In this document: piece by piece, positions 1-27,732 of the stretch
Numbering within the stretch: position 1 is the first letter of the stretch
How the letters are laid out: each line of letters opens with the position of its first letter
Assembly (NCBI RefSeq): GCF_009914755.1
Contig: NC_060936.1
Reading direction: 5' to 3' (one strand)
DNA from: the human T2T-CHM13v2.0 reference genome, Homo sapiens
DNA length: 64,000 nt
Made by a program: the position numbers and the translations under genes
The notes under the pieces: model-generated
The model's database searches: none
Seen by the model: the letters and a program-made list of their open reading frames with translations, nothing else
What the model was told of the DNA's origin: nothing

Positions 1-484
1 AAAGTCAAACTCCCTAGTCCTCCTCCTGGACCCACAGTTCTATGGCTTCGATGGCTCCCACATGTCACCACACTAAACCTCCACCCCCAGGCCCCCATGG
101 CCTGACCCTATCCTACTTGACTGCCAGCTCCTGCACAAACTCCCTCTTCACTTATGCAGTGCACAGGCCCAGGGCCCCTCCTTCCTCTCTCTTTGTGTCC
201 CTCTAGCCTGGCTCTACCCCCAAGGACTTCCTTCAGGAAGCCCTCCCAGATGGACTATTCCTCCCAGGCTTCTCCCTCCAGCCCTCCAGCCTGGAGCCTC
301 TGATTGTGCATCCCCAGCTGTGGCCGGATCTCCCAGAGCTGGGCATGGGTTCAGCTATTCCCCCATGGCCTAGCAGTTTCCTTAAGGTGGTAAAGCTTTT
401 AATTCTTACAGAAACTATAAAATAAGCATTATCTGCATTCTAGAGTGGAGAACACTGAGCCTCAGGATTAAAAGCAATGTGCAC

Positions 485-810
485 TGCTTGGCACAGTGGC
501 TCACACCTGTAATCCCAGCACTTTGGAAGGCCAAAGTGGGAGGATGGCTTGAGGCTAGGAATTCAAGACCAGCCTGGACAACACAGCAAGACCCTGTCTA
601 TACCCCTCTCCCCCACAAAAAAATTGTTCTAATTACCCAGGCAGAGTGGTGCACACCTGTATTTCCAGCTACTTGGGAGGCTAAGCAAGAGGATAACTGG
701 AGCCCAAGAGTTTGAGGCTGTAGTGTACCATAATTGCACCTGTGAGTAACAATGGCACTGGGTGACAGAGTGAGACCCTGTCTCTAAAAAAAAAAAAAAA
801 AAAAAAAAAT
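485..810 (+). mobile_element. AluJ-type element
   Basis: Diverged dimeric Alu with poly(A) tail. Confidence 0.85.
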
Positions 811-978
811 GTAGCAAATGGGAGAGCCAGAACTGGACCCCGTCTGCCTCCAAAGCCATGTCTCTCCTCCCCACCTTATACCTCCCTCTCTCCCTGAAGA
901 CAGTACCATATGGCAGGCACTCCCTGTACCATAGGTTTTTATAACTGCATTTATTCCTCACAATTAAATCTATGAGGA

Positions 979-1304
<326 letters not shown>

Positions 1305-1839
1305 TCATTTTACAGATGAGGAGATGAAAGTTCAGAAACTTTCCATCTACTTCCTAAGTCATGTAGCATCTAAGTGCTAGGATCAGAATTCCACCCAGCT
1401 CTTCTGGCTCCAAAACCCAAAGTTTAGCTTCCCAGTCCCCTGGATCTAGGCAGACAGTCTGGGAGATGCAGGAGGCAGGAAGGCAGATTCTGCAGCCAGC
1501 ATGAGAGCTTGAACTGATCGGCCAACACCTCTGATAAAGGAAGGTGCCTTCCAGAAGACCTCCAGGAGCTTCCCCGCTGATCTGGGGAAGCTCAGGAAGC
1601 CCAGGACAGCTGAGTGAGGGTTCCGTAGCCAGGCTCCCAGCTCTCTGCCCTCCCACTCGTCCTGTGAACTGACCCTCCCTCACATCATTGCACTTCTGCA
1701 AATTCCTACCACTACCTCCAAAGTGCTCTAGGATGTGTGATTAAAATCAAAGCGTTCTAAGGTTTATGATGAAAATTAAATGAAATTAAGTTAAATTTTT
1801 GTTTTGAGAATTGTTTTAGACTATTCCTAGAAGAATGTG

Positions 1840-1990
1840 CAGTAGCAGGAAAACATAAGTTTGGAAATCAAATAGCCTGTGTTCTAGTCTCAACTCGGTC
1901 TCTAAATTGCTGTGTGACATTGGACAAGTTACTGCTCCTCTCTGAGCTACAGTTGCCTCATCTATATAATGAAGGGGCAGGACCATTTAT
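1840..1990 (+). mobile_element. MIR
   Basis: gctgtgtgacattggacaagttact...ctctctgagctacagttgcctcatct MIR core. Confidence 0.75.
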
Positions 1991-1996
1991 TCCTAA

Positions 1997-2305
<309 letters not shown>

Positions 2306-2373
2306 CTAAATTATTTTTATTACTAATTATTAATTTTTGAAATTATTAAAATTACCTGTATTATTACATTTAA

Positions 2374-2725
<352 letters not shown>

Positions 2726-2754
2726 AAAAGCATTATACTTAAAATCATACATTA

Positions 2755-3072
<318 letters not shown>

Positions 3073-4749
3073 TCAGCTTTTGTTCTCTCATATGTAAAAT
3101 AAATTAGATTGAGGCTGCAGTGAACTATGACAGGCCACTGCATTCCAGCTTGGGCGACAGAGCCAGACCCTGTCTCAAAAAAATAAATAAAAATTTAAAA
3201 ATAAAATAAATTATATGATGATAATGTTTGTAAAGATAATTGTAAAGATAATTGTAATTTGTAAAGATAATTGCTTGTATAGGACACTACTGTATAGGAC
3301 ACTACTGTGATGGGAAAAGACCATGCACTCTTCTCTAAGAATTCACCGTTCCTTCTGTCTTTTGCCTTCCTCCCCTCAGCTAAAGGGCTCCTGGAGTGAA
3401 GTGGACCCTCAGCTGTACTCTGTGGTCTGCGGCAACAGCCAACGCACAGAGGAGCATCCTCTCCTTAACTAAGCACCGAAAGGGAGTGAAAGGGTAGACT
3501 GAAGGAAGGACTTACTAATTCAAGGAGTCATTGGAGCAGAAATGAGTGACCAGGAATGGGGAGGATGCGTCTGTGGAAAAGGAACAGGGCTGGGCCCCCT
3601 TCTCACTGGTCCTAGATGGGATCAGGCCTGCCCAGAAGCCAAGAAAAAGATGTTGTATAGACCTCAATGGGGCAAGGCCGGGATGATTGAGGGGATACCT
3701 TCAGGGGAGGAGGTGCTAGGCAGTTTTCTGAAAATGGTGCGTTCAGACAGCTCACTATTTCCTGTAGTAATTCCAGGAAAAGACTGAGTAAGACAAGGTC
3801 AGGACCGGGAGGAATGCAGCTGGAGGAGGTGTGTATGCACAGTCTCCCCAGGGTGAGCCTGTCCAGAGCCATAAACCTTATCTCCTTCCTCTGAATAGCT
3901 GGGATAGCTATCTCTGGCTCCCAGGGGCTCAGGCTGAGTCAGGGCTGGAGGCTGGGAGAGACTGTGGGCCCCGAAGCATACCTAAAACTGTGAGACCACT
4001 CAGCACTTAGGTATGAATGGCGCCATTTAGGGTCTGAAATGGTCACCATTTTCAGAAACCTGCTCAACACCTCTTCCCCTGCAGGTATCCCCCTCCGTCA
4101 TCCTGGCCTTGCCCCATTGATACCTGAAGTGTGGCACATTCAGGAATGAGATTGGAGCAAAAGGGATCTCTTTGGCGGAGGTGGGGTCAAAGAGATAGAT
4201 TAGGATGATTCATCTCCACAAAGGCTAAGGCTTTAGATTCCTACCAGCCAGCCCCAGGCCAGAAATTTCCCCTTCAAGGAAAGTTGGGCTCCAGGGCTGG
4301 GCAATACTATCACCTCAATTATCCCTCTGTTCCTGAGTTCTAGGGTTTATGCACAGTTCTTAATGGGGCCTAATAGTTTCTTTGTCTCTTCCAGCCCTCT
4401 ATCTTAGAGGACAGGAGGTGGAGCCTACCAACAAAGGGACCCAGGTTCCAGTTCCAGGGCTGCGTTTCTCTCCCCTTCAGGGCCCATTACTCTGAGCTGG
4501 GCCCCAGGTAGGGGAGGAAGGAGGAGAAAGGAGGCAGTGTTCTCATGTTCTCTGTGTCCCTGAGAAATTCCCCACCTCCCTTTCAAGCTCCCTCCTAGCA
4601 GGCTGGTGAGACCTGCCCTGGAGACAGGCTGGTGCGAGAGGCCCCCTCTGCAGAGTGGAAGGGGGTGACATAATTGCCTGTCCTGAGACTTCTAGACATG
4701 TACACACTGTCCCTCTGCCTGGTGTGTCCCTGCCCCCCGCCCCCCACCA

Positions 4750-5230
4750 CCTCTCCTGCTCGCTCAGGTATCCTCTCCAGTGCCCAGCCAGACTGATCTT
4801 CTACAAACACTGCTTTGATCCTGTCACTCCCTAGCCCAGAGCTTCCCGTTGCCTTCAGAATAAAGGTCAAATTCCTCATCTGGTGGCTGAGGCTTAGCCT
4901 TCCCCACCTGGCACTAGCTGCCCTCCCCACCCCACCCCCAGGACTGTGCCCTCCTCTCCTGAAGCACCTCCTTGTCACCTGCACCTGTTGAAACCTTACC
5001 CTTCCTGCAGGTCCTGGCTCCAGCTCACCCCATTCATTCCGCAAACATTTGCTGAATGAAAATCATGCATCAGGCACCTCCCCACAAAGCCTGCCCCAGT
5101 CACCTCTGCCGGAAGTGGCCACTCCTATAGAGACCCCAAGAATAGGGCTTTGTTACACCCCTGGGCTGGGTTACACTTGCTGTGGGCATGTCTGAGCTCC
5201 CCTCCCTGATTGTAAACCTGATCCACAGTC
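4750..5230 (+). mobile_element. L2 (LINE2) fragment hosting the KRT8 alternative exon in antisense
   Basis: cagccagactgatcttctacaaacac...gatcctgtcactccct...gttgccttcagaataaaggtcaaattcctc resembles the L2 3' consensus; judged by eye. Confidence 0.65.
5000..5037 (-). CDS. KRT8: Alternative first coding exon of the N-terminally extended KRT8 isoform (MNGVSWSQDLQE-G); the rest of KRT8 lies left of the window
   Basis: - strand ATG AAT GGG GTG AGC TGG AGC CAG GAC CTG CAG GAA GG|gtaagg. The peptide matches, from memory, the extension MNGVSWSQDLQEGISAWFGPP... of the long K8 isoform. Consensus donor; orientation divergent from KRT18 as expected. Confidence 0.85.
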
Positions 5231-5524
5231 ATTTAGCATGCACTGAACATCCACTATTAATGAGGCATTTTCCATATTTGTCTCATTTGACCCTCACAAG
5301 GACCTTGGGAGTTCAGTCTTCTTATCCTTATTTACAGATGAGGAATCCAAGGCTCTAAGAAGTAATGTGCCCAGCAAGTAGTAGTCAGAGCTCAAACCGG
5401 AGTCCTGTACCCTAAGTCCAGGGCCCGCACATCAGCGCCAAGGCATCTTCCTCAAAAGTAGGGGCGTGTCTTATACATGTTTCTGCTTCCCTCCACACCC
5501 AGCACAGGAACTTGTTTGATTCAC

Positions 5525-5558
5525 TGAATGAATGAATGAATGAATGAATGAATGAATG
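5525..5558 (+). repeat. (TGAA)n microsatellite, probably an L2 3' tail
   Basis: About 8 tandem TGAA units. Confidence 0.9.
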
Positions 5559-6380
5559 ATTCAATTCTATCCCATGAGTCCTCTTCTCTACTCTGACCCT
5601 ATCTCCTCTCTCCCACATTGCTTTTTTCCTATCTTCTGTCCCTTACCCTGGACCCCAAGGATTCCCCCCAAGGGAGGAAAGAAGCTGTGATTGTTTCATG
5701 GATACCAGAGATGGGAGCTAAGCCTCAGAAGGGTGTCCACAGCCTGGACACACCCCAGGGAGGAGATTCAGGACAGGAAGACCCCTTCACCTTCACCACC
5801 ACTCAGTTTGATAGACCCAGGAGAGTTCCAGTCCTTCTCTCCACCCCTCCCCAACTCCAGCAGGAAATAGGTGGGCCCAAGGGAGCAGCAGGACAAGCCA
5901 GAGAACAGTGAGAGGGTGAAGAGGGGCCCAGATTCAGTGACTCACCACCCTTGGGCCTCCCCTGGGGAAAGGGTGGGGAGCCTGGACACTTGGAATTCCT
6001 GCCTGTCCCTAGGGAGACACTTGGGTGTTAGGAGGCTGAACAGGAGGAGGAAGAGCTCTGTTTGTCCCAAACTAAGGGGTGGCCATGGCAACAAGGCCAG
6101 AGCCATCAGGGCTGGGAGCAAAGGTCCTGGCCAGGGGTGGAGTCGCGAGGGCCCTGCTGCCTGCCTGCCAACTGGGCCACTGTCCACACCATGCCAGCCA
6201 GGCCTTCTCTGACTGAGCACCCCCTTGTGGGCAGAGCCGAGCCTGAAATCTGGGGATGGGCAGTCCTGAGGGGGAAGCCACCTGCTTTACAGACACACAT
6301 GTTCTTGTCCTCTCCCAGTCCCTCCATGTGTCTTCTCAACTGCAACCAGAGACAGACAGCCTCTAGAACAGGGAGTGCTC

Positions 6381-6660
6381 GGCCAGGCGCGATGGCTCAC
6401 TCCCGTAATCCCAGCACTTTGGGAGGCCAAAACAGGTGTATCACCTGAGGTCAGGAGTTCGAAATCAGCCTGGCCAACATGGTGAAACCCTGTCTCTACT
6501 AAAAATACAAAAATTAGCCAGGCTTGGTGGCAGGCACCTGTAATCAAGGAGAATCGCTTGAGAGGCGGGAGGCGCAGGTTGCAGTGAGCCAAGATTGCAC
6601 CATTGCACTCCAGGCTGGGCAACAAAAGCAAGACTCTGTCTCAAAAACAAAAACAAAAAC
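6381..6660 (+). mobile_element. AluS element
   Basis: Alu with internal deletion; TSD aacagggagYgctc. Confidence 0.9.
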
Positions 6661-7190
6661 AGGGAGCGCTCTTGGCCTTTGTGCTGGGGAAAAGAAGGCA
6701 TGGAGAACTGAGTCTGCTGCTGGGAAGTGAGTAGATTGGAGGTGTCAGTCTGGGAAGGCTTCCTGAAGGAGGATGTCTCAGGCTAAGGAAAAGACAGCAA
6801 AGGCTTCAGAGCAGAAGAGTGTGTCTCCTCTGAGAGCCCAAAGCAATGTGGCTGGAGTCACAGATGACACCATCACTCCTTCTCTTCTGCTAGTCACAAG
6901 AATCTTGGTGTCCCAAGGAGCCCCCAGTGCACCACCACCATCCTTAACAATGCCCCTACCATTATGCATGTCCATTCCCACCCTTACCTCCCCTTGGAGG
7001 TGGAGATGGCACTTCCTCTGCCCAGGGCCAGACCTCCACCAGTGCTCTGATCCACACACCCCTCCCTTCACACACAGAACCTTGTCTCATCAAATAATAT
7101 CTCTCCCTTGCCATACTCCTCCCACCCCCATCCCAGGCTGAATTTTATTCCCCTCTACTTGTAGTCATGCTCATGTCACTTCTTCCTTTA

Positions 7191-20486
<13,296 letters not shown>

Positions 20487-23400
20487 TAGACCATGCTGGC
20501 ATTAGGTGCCTTACAAAGCGTTAATGAATTAATGAATTCTTCCTTTCTCTGACAGTCCTCTGGAGCTTGTCATAGCACCAATCACACTGTATTTTGTTTG
20601 TCCAATGATCTGTTCCCTCTAATAATAATCTCCTTGATTATTATTGTCTAGTTGTATTTATCTTTGTATTCCCAGGTCACTATTGGTGGAAGTGAACTAA
20701 ACCGACAGCCTTAAAGCTCCATGTTGATGATTCTTCCAGGAGGAGGAGGCACACTTAACAAGCACCTGCTCCGCCCCAGGCCCTATCATACATGCTTAAT
20801 CTCTGCAACAAACCGATAAGGAAGCTGGAGATCAGAGAAGCTCGCCGACTTGGGCACCCAACTTAGGCACCCAACTTGACCAAGGTCACCTAGCAAGGAA
20901 ACAAGCAGAGCTGGGATTCAAACTGAGATCTGTCCAACTCCAAAATCTTGTTTCTCCATCCTCTCTTTTCCCAAAGATTCTTAACCCCATGATTTTCAGT
21001 GCCTTCAGCACCCTGAAGTGACATCACCAGCTGCTCTGACCCCAGATTCTGATACTCTCTCTCACCTTCCCCATCTCACGCTCCTGTGCTTTCTCTGCAG
21101 CTTCCAACTGCCGTGCCACCTCAGTCCCGGGCTTCCTCCTTTTCCACTAAACTCTTCTGTTTGCCTTTGCTTCCCCACCCAAGGCCCAGCCCTTTCAGCC
21201 ATGTTTTAAGGCTTCTTTGTCCCTGAGCTTCCACCTCTCCTGCCTTCTCATCCCTCAGTGAAGCCCACCATTTTTTCTCTCCCACCCCCAGGATACGCAG
21301 TGTTTCTTGTGTGGCTGGTCTCATCATGAAGCCATGTTGTGTAACTGCTGTTGGGATCTCAAGACCACTGACTCACCTTCTTATGCCTCATGGTTAGAAC
21401 ACAGAGTTCACCTAATGTGCCACGGTGTCCTCCTGCCTCTGCCACACGCTTCTGATTGGGGAGGAAGGAGCCTAGAGAGGTTACACACAACACATCCCAG
21501 CTCTGCCACCTACTAGGATATCACTTTTCAGGTTGCAGCTTAAATGTCACTCCACTCCCCCAGAATCTCAAGCAGGATTAGTGTTTACTGATTTGGGCTT
21601 CCATTGTTCCCTGGACTCACCCAGGCATAGCACCAACCACACTTTAGTGCTATTGCTTGTTTAATTACTGATCAGCTTTACTAAACTGTCTCATCCTAAG
21701 GCAACCGTCCATCAGTTCTGCGACCTAACAACCGCTTGGCCTCCCGATTTCTCCTGTCCGTCGCTGATAAACTGCTTGAAAGAAAAGTCTACATTTTGCC
21801 TCCACTTGGTCCTCTCTCTCCTCCCTCTCAGTCCACACCCCGGCTCCAGGCTCCATCGCTCTACTGAAAGTGCTCTTTTTGTCCTCAGCCTCCCTGATCC
21901 TTTTGTGCACCTGGCCCTGTGGGCCCCCCTTCCTTGAACCTCATTCTTCTTGGCTTTCATGACGTCCTCTCTCCTGGTCTCTTCCTGGGAACTTAGAGAT
22001 CTAGGCCTTCTCCTCTTTCTCCTCTTCTCCCTCTGTCTCTTCCTCTTCTTCTTGCCTCAAGTCCCTCTGTGCTGACTCTGCTCCTTCTTTTCCCTGATCC
22101 TTTCCCTTAGGCCACCTCACCCACAACTGGGTTTCACCCAAATCCTTGAGGGGGATGCTCCAGGTGGGCCCGTTGCACGTGGCCGTGCAGGGTGTTCAGT
22201 GTACAGGCACACCCTGCCAGGAAACAAGGAAGAGGCTCCCTCTCTGCAATTTGTGTAAAGGCCCCGCAGGTTAGCTGTGACCCTGGCATCCATACCTCCT
22301 GCCCCATGCCTCTCCCAAGCTCCAGCCCTGCTCTCCTAGCTGCTCACAGGATAGTTCCCTAAACACTGCTGGCAGAACCTGCCCAGCCTAGGCCAGGAAA
22401 GAGGCTGACAGAGACAGAGCCGGCTGACTGGATGATCTGGAGATAGGTTCTTGGCCACTCTGTTCTTCCATTTCACCCCCCTTTTCAAAGACTCAGTCTT
22501 AGCCACCCTGCCCTGAGCCCATGTTAGATGGAAAAAAATAGTGGTGAGCAGGGAGCAGAAGGCTGGAGAGTAGTAAGTGCAAAAGAACAAGGGGGCTGGG
22601 AAGAAAAGGAGCAAATGGGGCAAAGCAGACAGGAGGGGAGGTCAGCTGGCTTCTCAGCTGCCAAAGCTCTTCCAGGCACATCATCTCATTTGGTCCTCAT
22701 GAAAACTCTCTAAGTGGATATTACTATTTTTCTCATTCTACAGCTGAGGAGAGACCAAGCTAGTAAAGGCTGCTCAAGATCACTAAGCCAGCAGTGGGGA
22801 ATATTGTGAAATATTGAAATATTTTATTATTTCATAGAGACAGGGTCTTGTTATACTGCCCAGGCTGGTCTCAAATTCCTGGCCATAAGCGATTCTCCCA
22901 CCTCAACCTCTCAAAGTGCTGGGATTACAGGCATGAGCCACCTGGCCGAATCCAGGTCTTTTGACACCAAGTGCCCTATTCATCCCTTTGCCCTCCCCTA
23001 ATCTCTGGGCAGATTTGAGTGAGGCGATAGGCTGGGGGATATGGCATTGGGATACTGGGGTTGCACCTGAGGAGAAGCCAACAGCACCAGGGTCAGAATG
23101 GGCAAAGGACATAAGCACAGGCAAGGCCATTCCTGGTGGGGCTGGGCCAGGGAGCTGAGGGGCTCCTAGAAGGGCCAGGTTCCCCGACTTCTCTGAGCTT
23201 CAGCGCCTGGAGGTTTCTGGGCAGCCACACGCTTCTCAGCGCTGACCCTTCCTCTTCCTTTATCCTTGGAAAATAACCCCTAGGGCACAAACCCAACCGA
23301 AGCAATGATACTAAGTGTCAGGGCATTCCTCGACTCTCCCACCCCTGGGGAAGAGGGCCTGGCCCAAGCCCTGAGAACCCGTTCCCACCTCCACAGGCAG

Positions 23401-26025
23401 TGCCAGGGACTCCAAATAGGGTGCTGAAATTCCAGAAGTCTTGATATCAGACTGGGTCCTGCACCCAGCTGCCACCCGCATCCTCCCCCTGCTCCGCAGC
23501 TGCCTCTGAAGCTTGTACCCTTGCCCCCACCTCTTGTCTCTCTGCAGTCTACCTGACTGCACTTTCTGATGACCCCCACTGACCTCTCCTAGCACCCCAT
23601 GTTTATTAATTACTTAAACCTAAAGTATTTACGGAGCTCCACCTATGTGCCAGATGCAGGGCTGGGCAGGAGGATTCCCATTCCACCCCAGATTCCTTTT
23701 CCTTTGGGTTCTACCCCAGATCTCCCTCTGTCTCAACAGCTCTACCCTTAACTCAGCAGCCCTGGGATTTCTCCTGTGGGAGGGCCCCCTGCATGGGTAT
23801 ACCCTCTACTGAGAGTAGCTGAAAGGAGCCCAGGGGAGCCTCCCAGGCGATCCCTTCCTCCCTCCAGCCCACCCCACCACAGGGCCTTCTCACTGTCTCC
23901 AACACACTGGAGTCACCCTCAGTCTTTAAAGAAGAGGATGGGAATCAGTCTCTCCCTGTTTTGTGTATAGACCCCATCCTTACACCTCAGTTGCTGTTCC
24001 GAACACCTCCCTCCTCCAGGCTGAGCAAGGAATTTCCAGCCTAAATGTTAAAGCAAAGGCGGAAGGACTGCAGGCCTTCCAATCCTCCCTAATCCTCTCA
24101 TCTCTCCACCACCTAGTTTCCCCAGAGCCATCAGCTCAAGCCCTTTGTGGGAGAATGTGGAGTGGGCAGTAAGAGCTGACCCACCCCTATCGGGTCATCT
24201 CTGAGTCTACTCTGAAGTTAAACCTGCCTCACAGGTTCCCACTCCCCTTCTGCTGGACGCTGGAATGCAGGACTGATGGTGGGTGGAGAACCATTTCCCC
24301 TCTTTCCGGATTCCCCCCTGCCGAGGCTCATTACTCTTTGTGTCTGTTCTGGGAGCTTCTCACCAGGGCCCCTCCTGCTCCACCCTTTCCCGGGACTGTC
24401 CTCACAATCACGCCATCCCCCTTTCCACCTTGCTTCCCACCCCCACCCCAGAACCCTAGTGCTGGGAATCTGGAGGCCGAGACCTTCACCCCAGCTCTCC
24501 AAGAGGCTCTCTGACAAAGTGAAAAAGCCCTGAGCCACAGAGGAATCTGGAAGTGGTGGAAAGGGGCAGGCTGGTGCTGGAAGCCCGAGGTCGGTATTTG
24601 CCCCATGCTGCAAGAAGTCAGGAATGTGGCCATCGACATCAGTAGGAGAGATAAAGTCTAGCTGGCAGCTCTCCCTCTCCAGCCCCCACGCTGCACCTCC
24701 ACAGGTCCCAGAAGGTTCCTAGCAGTTGGGGTGGGGCAGGAATCAGACAAGGACCTGGGAATTAGCTTGGAGAAAAATTCTAGAATCTGTTTTGATTGCT
24801 GGTAGATTTCAAAGTGCCCCAGGGTTTTTAAATGACTCAGAGAGACAGACTTCAAACCCCTTGAGCCCGTCTTTCGAATTAAATTGACCCCCTTTATCTG
24901 CCCTCCTATATATATTGAAGCCTTCCTTACTTTGAAGGAAGGCTCCAGTACAAATAATTAGTATTTGTTTGATGAATGAGTGAGTGACAATTTACACTCA
25001 CATTCACTGCCACCTGAGGAAATAGACTGGACAGGTCTTACTGTTTTCCCTGTACAAGTGAAGAAATTGAAGTTCAGAGTTAGGTGACTTCCCCAAGGTT
25101 ACACAGCTAGCAAAGTATCCAGGCTGGCTGACTTAAAGCTTAGCAATAACAGTAAAAGGCAGTACATAGCTTGTTGACTCCACATACTTTATTATAAAAT
25201 ACTGCCCAACTTGACAGTTCTGGAATCCAGTGGGGGAATATAAAGGTGAAAGCAGGAGAGACCCCTCTGACTGGAACCTCTTACCTCCCAGAAGCCTTGT
25301 ATGCAAAACCAGTGGGCATTCATTTGTATGTTATTTTGCATCCCGTTTGCCTCCCAGCCTTCAGCAGGCCCCGACCCTCCCCTGGCCAGCTTCCACCCTG
25401 ACTGCCCCCTGGCTGGCTCCCATTGAGCACTGTGGGGCTCTCCCCACCATTAGGTGACAGATCAGGAACAATCCAGGCTCAGGCTCTTTATCTGTGCTCT
25501 GCCTCCCACCTGGCAGGTCCACTGGCCAGGCTTTTCCAGGGTCCCTTCTCTCCCAGGTCTGCCCTACTATTTGTCCTCCCCTTCCCCCTCAGCTGGTAGC
25601 TCGATAAGAATCAATAGGTCCACTCCAGAGCAAAGAACACAGCCAAATGTGTCATACCAGGCCCTGCCAGAAAAACGAGCTGCTGGAGCTGACAAACTTG
25701 AAGGCCAAACACCTAAGGGTTCCCCCCAACACTTCATTCAGCAGGGATGGTCATTCAGCTTCAGGGGGCAGGCAGCATGAAAGCCTCCCTACCTCCATCC
25801 TTCTCACACAGAGGCTGGGGAGAGCATCTTGGAGGATGCAGTCCCCTGGGGCCAGGCTTCTAATCCAGACAGCCCTTACAAGGGGGGACAGGGGAAGGAC
25901 TGGCTTGGAGAAAAGTCCTAGAAAAGAGGGGAGGGGCACTGGCCACCAGGGCTGGGTCGCTGCTATGATGGTCCTAGGAGTGCCTGCCTGTCCTCTCAGG
26001 CCCCATGCGATGTAGGACACATTAC

Positions 26026-26404
<379 letters not shown>

Positions 26405-26994
26405 CGATGTGGGACACATTATCATCTCTGTGAGAGATTTTTGGTCTCTTTTGTCACCGCCCTTCTCTCCCAGCTCCTAGAACTGGGCCTGGCTCACAGT
26501 AGGTGCTGAATGCATACTGGTTGAATTGTAAATGCTCAGGATTTGTTTAATTAAGGATGCAGGAAAGGTGATATACCGGTGTGCAGAAGTCAGGATGCAT
26601 TCCCTGTCCAAATCACAGTGTTCCACTGAGGCAAGGCCCTTGGGAGTGAGGTCGGGAGAGGGGAGGGTGGTGGAGGGGGCTCAGAGACTGGGTTTGTTTT
26701 GGGGAGTCTGCACCTATTTGCTGAGTGAATGTATGTGTGTGTGCATTTGAGAGCACACCTCTGTATGATTCGGGTGTGAGTGTGTGTGAGGAAACGTGGG
26801 CAGGCGAGGAGTGTTTGGGAGCCAGGTGCAGCTGGGGTGTGAGTGTGTAAGCAAGCAGCTATGAGGCTGGGCATTGCTTCTCCTCCTCTTCTCCAGCTCC
26901 CAGCCTTTCTTCCCCGGGACTCCTGGGGCTCCAGGATGCCCCCAAGATCCCCTCCACAAGTGGATAATTTGGGCTGCAGGTTAAGGACAGCTAG

Positions 26995-27348
<354 letters not shown>

Positions 27349-27429
27349 AAGACTCCCAAATTTCAAACTCGCCAGCACCTCCTCCACCTGGGGGAGAAGA
27401 GCATAATAACGTCATTTCCTGCCCTGAAA

Positions 27430-27497
27430 GCAGCCTCGAGGGCCAACAACACCTGCTGTCCGTGTCCATGCCCGGTTGGCCACCCCGTTTCTCGGGG
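27430..27497 (+). other. KRT18: Alternative upstream 5' exon of KRT18, spliced to an acceptor 1 nt before the ATG
   Basis: Donor GGG|gtgagc at 27497/27498; acceptor gtcctttctctctccccggacag|CATG at 27731/27732. Matches my recollection of the second RefSeq KRT18 variant. 5' end approximate. Confidence 0.7.
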
Positions 27498-27732
27498 GTG
27501 AGCGGGGCTTGGCAGGGCTGCGCGGAGGGCGCGGGGGTGGGGCCCGGGGCGGAGCGGCCCGGGGCGGAGGGCGCGGGCTCCGAGCCGTCCACCTGTGGCT
27601 CCGGCTTCCGAAGCGGCTCCGGGGCGGGGGCGGGGCCTCACTCTGCGATATAACTCGGGTCGCGCGGCTCGCGCAGGCCGCCACCGTCGTCCGCAAAGCC
27701 TGAGTCCTGTCCTTTCTCTCTCCCCGGACAGC

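Noticed and set aside
27595-27732. In-frame 46-aa N-terminal extension of KRT18 in the ORF track
   Set aside because: Starts at a GTG upstream of the TATA box and presumed TSS; this region is intronic in the upstream-exon isoform
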